Below are positions 19,898 through 27,958 of a DNA stretch of 64,000 bases, piece after piece. The DNA is taken from the NCBI GenBank assembly GCA_964577935.1, contig CAZOAJ010000001.1:14208-78207 (forward strand), written 5' to 3'. The notes beneath the pieces are model-generated. The model was not told the origin of the DNA and searched no databases. It was given only the letters and a program-made list of their open reading frames with translations. Origin of the DNA: an uncultured bacterium (GTDB lineage: Bacteria; Chlamydiota; Chlamydiia; Chlamydiales; FEN-1388). How positions within the stretch are numbered: position 1 is the stretch's first letter; every line of letters begins with the position of its first letter. Both the position numbers and the translations under genes were made by a program.

Positions 19898-21877
19898 GTG
19901 AGAATACTTGAAGCTTTTGTCCACCTTGCTGAGCAAATTATGTATGGCGATAAGCTTTTAGTTTCTTCTCATGAAAAAGAGAGGGCTTTAACAGAGCTTC
20001 TTCCCTTAGAAGAAGCATATAAAACATATTGGGCCGGCGGGCCTCGGCCTGATCAAGCTCATGTTCCTGAAGGTCTTTTTTATAAAACTATTTTAGATGC
20101 TTTTACAGCTGTATCGAAGACGCAGGCTCATTTGGATGAAGAGGTGTTATCCTTTCGGCTTGATGGCTGGTTAATCGATGGTCATTCGTATCAAAAGAGG
20201 CCTTGGGCCATCTTTTATTTCTGGAATGAGTGTTATTTCGGATTCCATATTCGATTTCAGGATATTGCTCGCGGAGGTCTTCGAACAGTTGTGTCTCGGA
20301 CCCTTGAGCAAGAAGCGCAAGATAGAAAGCAGATTTTTTGTGAATGCTATGACCTTGCCTTTACTCAGGAGTGGAAGAATAAAGATATTCCGGAAGGTGG
20401 TGCTAAAGGAGTTATTTTTGTCCCGGCGATCTATGCAAGAGATATTGATGCCATACAAATCTTTCAGAAGAAATGTATTGAAGCTTTTCTAGAATTATTA
20501 GTGACAGATGTCAGTGAGAGTTATTTTCCTAAGAAGATTAAAAAAAATATTTTTAATCTCGATAAGAAGCCTGAATGGATTTTTTTGGGTCCTGATGAGC
20601 GAATGTCAGATAGCATCCTCGCTTGGATCGGAGATTATTCTAAGGAAATAGGATATGGCCTTGGTGCTGCTATTATGTCTTCAAGACCAAAAGTTGGCAT
20701 CAATCATAAACAATATGCAGTTACATCGCATGGGTTGATGGTTTATATCGAAGAAGCTCTTTTGACGCTTGGAATAAACCCTTATAAAGATCCTTTTTGT
20801 ATAAAGATTTCAGGCGGTCCGGACGGGGATGTTGCTGGAAATACTATCAAGCTTCTTGCAGAAAGATTTGAAAATACTGCAAAAATAGTTGCTATCAAGG
20901 ATGTTTCAGGGGTCCTTTATGATCCACATGGAATTCCATTTTCGGCCCTCCTTCCATTGGTAGAGAGTTCAAGTCCGATTGCACATATAAATTTTGAAGA
21001 GCTTCATGAAGACAGTTTTTTGCTCGATATGAACCAAGAAATAGGGGAAGAACCCTATTTCTTGCGGCATAGTGGGGAGAGGCTTGCTCAAAAGGTGCGA
21101 AAAGAACGATTTAATATAGAGGCGGCAAAGACGTTATTTGATGGTTTTTTACATCGAGTTCATGCGGATCTCTTCTTGCCCGCAGGTGGCAGGCGTTCAT
21201 CGCTTCATATGGAAAATATTTCAGACTTTATGCCCGATGGTGTCGCAAGTTCAAAGTTGATTGTTGAGGGAGCGAATGTCTATCTGACTCAGCCGGCGCG
21301 TGATGTTTTGGAATCATCGGGCGTTCTCATTATGAAGGACAGTAGTGCTAATAAAGGGGGGGTAATTTCCTCGTCTTATGAAATTCAAGCGCTTTTGACA
21401 ATTGGAGAAGATGGATTGATACTCCATAAGGAGGCAATTGTTCGAGAGATTTTGGAAAAAATTCACATACTCTGTCAGTACGAATCACGGTGTATTCTTC
21501 ATCAAGTTGCAAGAACGAAGAGGCCTGCTTCGGTGATTTCGCAAGAAATATCAGTATTAATTCGATCTCTTTCGAGTGATATTTTAGTCTGGCTGGAAGG
21601 ATGGGATTCTGTTTTATTTTGGAAATGTATCGAGGTTCATTTTCTCCCCAATTTAGTGAAGCATGCTTTTGATCGGATTCGTCAATTGCCTACAAGCTAC
21701 CTATTTGCAACGGTTTCTTCATTCATTGCCTCTCGTCTTGTTTATCGGTATGGTGTAGCTGGCGATGGTCTGGGTTCTGGTCTTGTTCTTCCCTATCCAA
21801 TAGATCGGGCCTATCTTGATCGAATGGCTCAAGATGCTCTTGACTTTGCCTTACAACGAGAAAATCAGCACTCTTGA
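19898..21877 (+). CDS. NAD-specific glutamate dehydrogenase of the large-subunit class, unusually short (659 aa)
   Basis: IARGGLRTV, KNKDIPEGGAKGVIFV, LGPDERMSD, SGGPDGDVAGN and EGANVYLTQPARDVLESSGVLIMKDSSANKGGVISSSYE match blocks I associate with Gdh2/GdhB-type large NAD-GDHs. The start is GTG 19898, behind a GGAGGG Shine-Dalgarno. Confidence 0.75.
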   Translation: MRILEAFVHLAEQIMYGDKLLVSSHEKERALTELLPLEEAYKTYWAGGPRPDQAHVPEGLFYKTILDAFTAVSKTQAHLDEEVLSFRLDGWLIDGHSYQKRPWAIFYFWNECYFGFHIRFQDIARGGLRTVVSRTLEQEAQDRKQIFCECYDLAFTQEWKNKDIPEGGAKGVIFVPAIYARDIDAIQIFQKKCIEAFLELLVTDVSESYFPKKIKKNIFNLDKKPEWIFLGPDERMSDSILAWIGDYSKEIGYGLGAAIMSSRPKVGINHKQYAVTSHGLMVYIEEALLTLGINPYKDPFCIKISGGPDGDVAGNTIKLLAERFENTAKIVAIKDVSGVLYDPHGIPFSALLPLVESSSPIAHINFEELHEDSFLLDMNQEIGEEPYFLRHSGERLAQKVRKERFNIEAAKTLFDGFLHRVHADLFLPAGGRRSSLHMENISDFMPDGVASSKLIVEGANVYLTQPARDVLESSGVLIMKDSSANKGGVISSSYEIQALLTIGEDGLILHKEAIVREILEKIHILCQYESRCILHQVARTKRPASVISQEISVLIRSLSSDILVWLEGWDSVLFWKCIEVHFLPNLVKHAFDRIRQLPTSYLFATVSSFIASRLVYRYGVAGDGLGSGLVLPYPIDRAYLDRMAQDALDFALQRENQHS

Positions 21878-21891
21878 TTCTAGAGTGCTAA
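21865..21891. promoter_or_regulatory. CIRCE operator (HrcA binding site) of the hrcA-grpE-dnaK operon
   Basis: TCAGCACTC-ttgattcta-GAGTGCTAA is a perfect 9-bp inverted repeat with a 9-nt spacer. It has one mismatch to the consensus TTAGCACTC-N9-GAGTGCTAA. The left arm overlaps the TGA stop (21875-21877) of the gdh-like gene. Confidence 0.9.
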
Positions 21892-21898
21892 ATTTCAG

Positions 21899-21928
21899 TT
21901 GCTTTATGAGATTCATCGTCGGTAGAAT
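21899..21928 (+). promoter_or_regulatory. possible sigma-70-type promoter for hrcA operon (TTGCTT-18 nt-TAGAAT)
   Basis: The hexamers TTGCTT (21899-21904) and TAGAAT (21923-21928) lie just downstream of CIRCE and about 200 nt upstream of the hrcA ATG. This is pattern only. The promoter could instead lie upstream of, or overlap, CIRCE. Confidence 0.3.
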
Positions 21929-22130
21929 GACATTTGATTGCATAACATGGGTTTATAAATAAAAATTTATTCCATGGTTATACTACGTTAAAAGCGCATG
22001 CATAATCAATGAAGACTCCTCATTAATGAAGACCAATGAATGCAGAATAAAAAATGGTGTTTCTCGGGCCAAAAAAGCCTCTGGGAATCTCATCGAAAAA
22101 AGCGAGACAAATACATTGATCGAAACGAGT

Positions 22131-23312
22131 ATGGCTCATGCCAATAAAGCATCTCCGAAGTCGTCCAGAAAAGATCGTCAGCGTAATGTGCTTTTTGGTG
22201 TTATCGAGCAATACCTCAAAACGGGCAAGCCTGTAGGGTCGCAAACTCTACAAGAGACAGGATTTCCAGAGCTCAGTTCTGCCACGATTCGAAATTATTT
22301 TGCGGCACTCGATGATGAGGGATTTCTTCAGCAGCATCATACTTCTGGAGGAAGGACTCCGTTACCAAAGGCTTTCAAAATCTATGCTCAAGCTTGTTTA
22401 GAAGTCTCTTTGGGAGATCATCTTGAGGCTGATGAAGTCTTGATGAAGGGAGATCATACGGTAAAAAAGAAAGTCCCAAAAGACATTGGTCCAGATCACA
22501 ACTCCAAAGAAGTGGTTCGGTTTCTTCAGGAATCATCGGATGAGATATCTTCTCATCTCAATGCCGCGGTCTTCATTTCTCTTCCCCGTTTTGATCGAGA
22601 TGGTCTTTTGGAAATTCGATATGTTCCTTTAGAGCGCAGACAATTGCTTGCAATTTTTCTTACGACATATGGGACTGTCCAGACGGAAATTATACCTGTC
22701 AAGCGAATCATTCGTCAGGAAGAAGTTCATGCACTCGAATCATTTAGTCGAGCGTGTCTTTTGAGGGCGCAGGGCGGAGAGAGAGAGGTTCTTGAGAGCA
22801 TGTCCTATGAAGAACGAGAGTTTGCTCGTTCAATTTATCAAGAAGTGATGGCTCGTTATTTGGTTTCCTATTCCAATATTTCTGAAGATGACTTGTATAG
22901 GACTGGTTTTTCTCGACTTCTTTCATACTCAGATGCCAAACAAGCACATATGATATCTTCAAGTCTTTATCTTTTTGAGAATAGAAATACTCTTCGAGGC
23001 TTTTGTCGAGAGGCGGTTTCATCTCAGAAGATTCGATTTTGGATAGGAGATGACCTGGATCCATTTGTCGTAGGAGATTCAGGGTGTGCACTCATTACAG
23101 CCCCGTACAAGATTGGAAACAAATGTGTAGGAGCTGTTGGGGTTATTGGGCCTATGCGAATGTTTTACAAAGACTTATTCGAATATCTCCTTGTGGAGTC
23201 TGCTCGGATTTCCGAGGTTTTGACAAAGACTTTATGTACCCACCATATTGAACTACGCGAGTCTCCATTTACAGCGGAAAGTTCAACTTCAAAAAAACTA
23301 CTTCAGAAATAA
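22131..23312 (+). CDS. hrcA: heat-inducible transcription repressor HrcA
   Basis: QRNVLFGVIEQYLKTGKPVGSQTLQETGFPELSSATIRNYFAALDDEGFLQQHHTSGGRTP is the HrcA winged-helix N-terminus. Compare C. trachomatis HrcA: SGQPVGSKLL...LSSATIRNYFAQLETDGFLRKNHISGGRIP. Further matches are SEDDLYRTGFSRLLSY and GAVGVIGPMRM. I use ATG 22131 as the start (393 aa, chlamydial size). The ORF-track start at 22026 adds 35 non-conserved residues. Confidence 0.92.
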   Translation: MAHANKASPKSSRKDRQRNVLFGVIEQYLKTGKPVGSQTLQETGFPELSSATIRNYFAALDDEGFLQQHHTSGGRTPLPKAFKIYAQACLEVSLGDHLEADEVLMKGDHTVKKKVPKDIGPDHNSKEVVRFLQESSDEISSHLNAAVFISLPRFDRDGLLEIRYVPLERRQLLAIFLTTYGTVQTEIIPVKRIIRQEEVHALESFSRACLLRAQGGEREVLESMSYEEREFARSIYQEVMARYLVSYSNISEDDLYRTGFSRLLSYSDAKQAHMISSSLYLFENRNTLRGFCREAVSSQKIRFWIGDDLDPFVVGDSGCALITAPYKIGNKCVGAVGVIGPMRMFYKDLFEYLLVESARISEVLTKTLCTHHIELRESPFTAESSTSKKLLQK

Positions 23313-23344
23313 AATGATGGGATTAAGAAGGATTGATTGAGAAA

Positions 23345-23944
23345 ATGAAAGAAAATATCGATACGAATACACAGCAATCAGCAGAGCAGCAGCCTGTGGC
23401 TGAGGATAATCCTCAAACTTCACCAACTGAGAATTCTCAAATTGAATCTACCATTGATGAGCTTGCAATAGCTAAGAAAGAGTCTCAAGAATGGAAGGAT
23501 AAATATCTGAGAGCTTTGGCTGAGATGGAAAATAGTCGAAAGCGGCTCCAAAGAGATAAAATTGAGTCCCAGAGCTTTGCAATTCAAAACGTATTGGTCG
23601 ATCTATTGTCACCTCTTGATCATTTTGAAAAAGCACTGATGCATGCTGAAAATGCTTCTGGAGATGTTAAAAACTGGGCTCTTGGTTTTCAGATGATTTT
23701 GCAGAGTTTGAAGCAGGTCCTTGAAGATCATGGGGCTATCCCGTTTGAATCACTGGGCAAGCAATTCGATCCTCATTTTCATGAAGCCCTTGAAACATGC
23801 GTCTCTGAGAAGGAGGCTGATGGAACGATTATTGAAGAGTTCCAGAGAGGTTATAAGATGGCAGGACGTGTAATGAGGCCTGCAAAAGTTAAGGTCGCAA
23901 CTTGTCCGAATAACGAGAGCAAAGCTTCTTCTTCACTCTCTTAG
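23345..23944 (+). CDS. grpE: nucleotide exchange factor GrpE
   Basis: WKDKYLRALAEMENSRKRLQRDK, DLLSPLDHFEKAL, FDPHFHEAL and GYKMAGRVMRPAKVKV are canonical GrpE blocks. The gene sits between hrcA and dnaK. I chose ATG 23345, behind AAGAAGGA. A TTG at 23333 is the ORF-track alternative. Confidence 0.92.
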   Translation: MKENIDTNTQQSAEQQPVAEDNPQTSPTENSQIESTIDELAIAKKESQEWKDKYLRALAEMENSRKRLQRDKIESQSFAIQNVLVDLLSPLDHFEKALMHAENASGDVKNWALGFQMILQSLKQVLEDHGAIPFESLGKQFDPHFHEALETCVSEKEADGTIIEEFQRGYKMAGRVMRPAKVKVATCPNNESKASSSLS

Positions 23945-24004
23945 GACTTGATTGCAGTTAATTTTGTATAAATTTTTGTAGAAGTATCCATTAGGAGTTT
24001 GCAT

Positions 24005-25948
24005 ATGACAAAGAAAGAAAAAGAGCGAATAATTGGTATCGATTTAGGTACTACCAACTCCTGCGTCGCTGTGATGGAAGGGGGTAAGCCTGTCGTCATC
24101 GCTTCGGCAGAGGGGCTTAGAACTACGCCTTCGATCGTCGCCTTTAAAGGCCCAGAAAGACTCGTTGGAATTACTGCAAAACGACAGTCAGTGACAAATG
24201 GCGAGAATACTGTTTACTCTTCTAAGCGTTTTATTGGACGTAAATACAATGAGATCTCTGAAGAGTCGAAGCTTGTTCCGTACAAAGTAGTTGAAGGTCA
24301 AGGGGGCAATGCGGCCTTTCAAGTTGCAGGAAAGATGATGACCCCAGAAGAGGTTGGCTCTTATATCCTGACAAAAATGAAAGAAACCGCCGAAGCCTAT
24401 CTTGGAGAGAAGGTGACTGAGGCTGTTATTACAGTGCCTGCGTATTTTAATGATGCTCAGCGCCAATCAACTAAAGATGCTGGAAGAATCGCTGGCCTTA
24501 ATGTTCGTAGAATTATTCCTGAGCCAACGGCAGCTGCTTTAGCATATGGTCTTGATAAGCAAAAAACATCTAAGAAGATTGCCGTTTTTGACTTGGGCGG
24601 CGGAACTTTCGATATATCCATTCTTGAAATTGGCGATGGAGTTATTGAGGTTCTTTCGACAAATGGTGATACGCATCTCGGTGGAGACGATTTTGACTCG
24701 GCTGTTTTACGTTGGATTATCGAAACCTTTAAGCAAGAGCAAGGTATTGACTTAACTCAAGATAAGATGGCTATTCAGCGTCTTCGAGATGCTGCAGAAA
24801 AGGCAAAGATTGAGCTTTCAGGGACAATGACAACTGAGATTAACCAGCCATTCATTACTATGGATGCCTCTGGTCCGAAGCATTTGGCCCTCTCTCTCTC
24901 CAGAGCAAAGCTCGAAAGTCTTTGTGAGCCTCTTATTGAACGAACACGTCAACCATGCTTAAAGGCGATGAAGGACGCTGGAGTTTCAAAAGATGATATT
25001 GCTGAAGTAATTCTTGTCGGCGGTATGAGCCGTATGCCTAAAGTACAAGAGATGGTTAAGCAGATCTTTGGAAAAGAGCCTAACAAGAGCATAAACCCTG
25101 ATGAAGCGGTGGCAATTGGTGCTGCGATCCAGGGCGGGGTTTTGGCTGGTGAAGTAAAAGACATCCTTCTTCTTGATGTGACGCCATTGACTTTGGGTAT
25201 CGAGACGATGGGCGGAGTGATGACTCCAATTATCGAAAGAAACACCACTATTCCAGTTCAGAAGAAGCAGGTGTTCTCTACGGCTGCTGATAATCAGCCT
25301 GCAGTGACCATTCGTATTCTTCAGGGCGAGCGTTCAATGGCCAATGATAACAAAGAAATTGGTCGTTTTGATTTGAGCGACATTCCTCCAGCTCCTCGAG
25401 GTATGCCTCAGATTGAAGTTGCTTTTGATATCGATGCGGATGGTATCTTGCATGTATCGGCTAAAGATGTTGCTACTGGCAAAGAGCAAAAGATACGAAT
25501 CCAAGCTTCTTCAGGCCTTGATGAGAATGAAATTCAGCGAATGGTTAAAGACGCTGAATCGCATTCAGCAGAGGATAAGAAGCGTAAAGAGGAAGTTGAG
25601 CTTAAAAACCATGCAGATGCAACGGTTTTCAGAGCTGAGAAATCTTTGAAGGAGTTCAAGGATCAAATCCCTCAAGAGATTGCTACAGAGATTCAAACAT
25701 ATATTGACGCTCTCAAGAAGGCTCTTGAATCTTCTGATTTGAACAAGATTAAGGAAGCAAAAGACGCTCTCGAAGAGCACCTTATGAAGATTGGTGAAGC
25801 GCTTTCGAAGAAAGCTGGTGCACAGCCTTCTGAAAATGCACAGCAATATACTCAAGGTCAGCAATCTCAACAGCAGTCATCAGGTCCAAAACAACCTCAT
25901 GATACTGATAAAGTAGAAGATGCTGAAGTGATCATCGATAACGAGTAA
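24005..25948 (+). CDS. dnaK: molecular chaperone DnaK (Hsp70)
   Basis: [41 protein letters not shown] and a full substrate-binding domain ([17 protein letters not shown]) are present. The start is ATG 24005 ([15 protein letters not shown]). The ORF-track start is a TTG two codons upstream. Confidence 0.97.
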   Translation: MTKKEKERIIGIDLGTTNSCVAVMEGGKPVVIASAEGLRTTPSIVAFKGPERLVGITAKRQSVTNGENTVYSSKRFIGRKYNEISEESKLVPYKVVEGQGGNAAFQVAGKMMTPEEVGSYILTKMKETAEAYLGEKVTEAVITVPAYFNDAQRQSTKDAGRIAGLNVRRIIPEPTAAALAYGLDKQKTSKKIAVFDLGGGTFDISILEIGDGVIEVLSTNGDTHLGGDDFDSAVLRWIIETFKQEQGIDLTQDKMAIQRLRDAAEKAKIELSGTMTTEINQPFITMDASGPKHLALSLSRAKLESLCEPLIERTRQPCLKAMKDAGVSKDDIAEVILVGGMSRMPKVQEMVKQIFGKEPNKSINPDEAVAIGAAIQGGVLAGEVKDILLLDVTPLTLGIETMGGVMTPIIERNTTIPVQKKQVFSTAADNQPAVTIRILQGERSMANDNKEIGRFDLSDIPPAPRGMPQIEVAFDIDADGILHVSAKDVATGKEQKIRIQASSGLDENEIQRMVKDAESHSAEDKKRKEEVELKNHADATVFRAEKSLKEFKDQIPQEIATEIQTYIDALKKALESSDLNKIKEAKDALEEHLMKIGEALSKKAGAQPSENAQQYTQGQQSQQQSSGPKQPHDTDKVEDAEVIIDNE

Positions 25949-25967
25949 TTTTTCCTATTTATTTTTT

Positions 25968-26005
25968 GGCTACTTTCTTTTTACATAATGTAGAGGAAAG
26001 TAGCC
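25968..26005 (+). terminator. stem-loop downstream of dnaK (possible operon terminator, no U-tract)
   Basis: GGCTACTTTC (25968-25977) pairs perfectly with GAAAGTAGCC (25996-26005) across an 18-nt loop, beginning 20 nt after the dnaK stop. No T-run follows, so this is not a classical intrinsic terminator. Confidence 0.35.
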
Positions 26006-26119
26006 AAATATCGTCGCCTTTCTCCTCTATCTCCTGAGAAAAATATGTGTTCATATGCCTTGTTTATAACGATGAATTATGAAGTCTCGGCATTGATTAT
26101 GCTGACAAATATTTTTTTG

Positions 26120-26125
26120 TATAAT
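26120..26125 (+). promoter_or_regulatory. perfect TATAAT -10 hexamer in the 334-nt AT-rich spacer upstream of the kinase gene
   Basis: The sequence TTTTTTTGTATAATGTC has TG immediately 5' of TATAAT. I found no well-spaced -35. It lies about 158 nt upstream of ATG 26283. Pattern only. Confidence 0.25.
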
Positions 26126-26282
26126 GTCTATATATAACTCACGTTACGTAAAATCCAACTGTCTCTTTTGATGATTTCTTACGAGTCTACAATAGGAGGT
26201 CGGTGATCTTCTTCGTAACATGAGTCTTTAATGCTGTTTTAGATGGGTACTATTGTAGGGTATTAGATATGGGTTATTCGAT

Positions 26283-27830
26283 ATGAGTTATTCGGGAGGA
26301 GGTTCTAATATTGGGTCTTTTCCTCACCTGCAATCCAATATAGAACATCCAAAAGTTGGTCGGTTAAAAACCGGTCAGTTAGCTCTTTTTAATGGTCGTT
26401 CGTGTGATGTTCAACAGATTGCTATCGGGAGTCCTATTAATAGGACAAAGCAGGCGCAAAAGCTCGACAGGAAACGACTTGAGATCATCAGCTCCGTGTG
26501 GAGTAACGCACGAAGAAATATCGTATCGAAAGGTTTTTCTGTCGATACACCGCAAATCCATGACAATCATACAATTAAGATTGTAGAACAGTCAGCTAGA
26601 TCAGATATTATTTCTCAGGTCTTGCCAAAGAGTCTTTTTCCTGATCAAAGTGTTAAAATACAGGGAGCGATTCATCAGAGCGGAGATCATAATGCTCAAC
26701 GTACGTCGAGTAAAGCTACAAAAGTTGCCACAGAGACTATTAATAGTGTTTCAAATAATAGTTTTTCAAAGATTGCGTCTGGTAAAGCAAAACAGGTTTG
26801 GAAACATTCAGTTAAGAATGATGTTGCCTATTTTACCCCAATAAAAAGTGGGTTCTTTTCGGCAGTCTATAATGCAAAAGAGGCTGAGATTCGAGAAGAG
26901 GTTAAAACAGTTCAGTCCATCAAAAGAAGCTTAAAAAATGCATCACCTTCTGAGGATATTGAAGAGACAAACTTGGCTTTAGAGCTTGAGGAACTTCATG
27001 GCCCCGACCGAATTGGAGGTCAATATACGGTCAAAACTTCAAGAGCCTCTTCAGACCTAGAAAAGTCAGTAAGGGATCAAGGTTCACTCGTCCGTTTTCC
27101 AAAGAGCGCGGAGCTTGGGCTCGAGATTCTGAACGGAATGAATACTTTACATAAGGCTGGTTTTGTTCATGGCGATATCAAACTCGAAAATGTTCTTGTG
27201 TATCATAAGGACGGAACTCTCCATGCAAAAATATCAGATTTTGGTAAGACGAAACCATTGAAAGATGGCGCAAATATCATGAATACAGGGAACCCAAGAT
27301 ATGCTGCTCCAGAGGGAAGATTGAGTAAGCAGGGAGAGGTCTACAGTACTGCTATTATGCTGATCCGTACGCTGGAAGGAGAATTTCTCAACGAGAAAGA
27401 AGATGCGCTGATTCCAATCGATACAAAAAAACTCGACAGAACTGAGTCCGCTTGCAACACTCAAGGAATTGAAAAATTTTTGGTGTTGAATAAGCATTGC
27501 GTGCAGACATCGGCCAAAAAAGTGATAGGCAAAATTCGATATTGGTTTCGCTCGGTTACTAAGATGGTAGGAATTCGAGGCAAAGAAGAGCTTGGCTTGG
27601 CTCAACAGGAAGTCTCTTTGTATATTGATGCATTAATAAAAAGATTGGAGAATGCCTATGCAAATGGTGGAAATGACACGAAAAAGAGGCAAGCTCTCAG
27701 AGATTTAAAGTCTCTTCTTGAAAGAATGACCGACTCAGATCCATCGAAGAGACCTACAATGCAAAAAGCATATCTTGAATATAAAGGGGTTCTTGAGAAG
27801 CTTGATCTTGAAAAGCTCAATAGGGCGTAG
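26283..27830 (+). CDS. eukaryotic-like Ser/Thr protein kinase with the kinase domain in the C-terminal half; candidate secreted effector
   Basis: Hanks motifs present: catalytic loop HGDIKLENVL, ISDFGKTK (DFG), GNPRYAAPE (APE), EVYSTAIML (subdomain IX) and DSDPSKRPTMQKA (subdomain XI). A degenerate Gly loop/Lys lies around IGGQYTVKT. The first ~220 aa are Ser/Gln/Lys-rich, with no TM segment or signal peptide. Confidence 0.8.
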   Translation: MSYSGGGSNIGSFPHLQSNIEHPKVGRLKTGQLALFNGRSCDVQQIAIGSPINRTKQAQKLDRKRLEIISSVWSNARRNIVSKGFSVDTPQIHDNHTIKIVEQSARSDIISQVLPKSLFPDQSVKIQGAIHQSGDHNAQRTSSKATKVATETINSVSNNSFSKIASGKAKQVWKHSVKNDVAYFTPIKSGFFSAVYNAKEAEIREEVKTVQSIKRSLKNASPSEDIEETNLALELEELHGPDRIGGQYTVKTSRASSDLEKSVRDQGSLVRFPKSAELGLEILNGMNTLHKAGFVHGDIKLENVLVYHKDGTLHAKISDFGKTKPLKDGANIMNTGNPRYAAPEGRLSKQGEVYSTAIMLIRTLEGEFLNEKEDALIPIDTKKLDRTESACNTQGIEKFLVLNKHCVQTSAKKVIGKIRYWFRSVTKMVGIRGKEELGLAQQEVSLYIDALIKRLENAYANGGNDTKKRQALRDLKSLLERMTDSDPSKRPTMQKAYLEYKGVLEKLDLEKLNRA

Positions 27831-27958
27831 ATTTGGAAGTTAATGAAATGAGGACTCAGTTCGATATGGAGACTTTCTCCATGGACTCACTTTCTCTTTG
27901 AATAATCCTCATGTTCTTGTTAGGATTCCCTACACATTTGTCGTGGGGCTTAATTTCT

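Noticed and set aside
22026-22130. 35-codon N-terminal extension of hrcA (ORF-track start), with analogous upstream extensions for the M18 peptidase (1086), ald (40397), smc (27911) and the VIT-like gene (16910)
   Set aside because: The extensions are not part of the conserved family N-termini, and some run into the preceding gene. Internal ATG/GTG codons give proteins of canonical length. The longer starts cannot be strictly excluded without experimental data.
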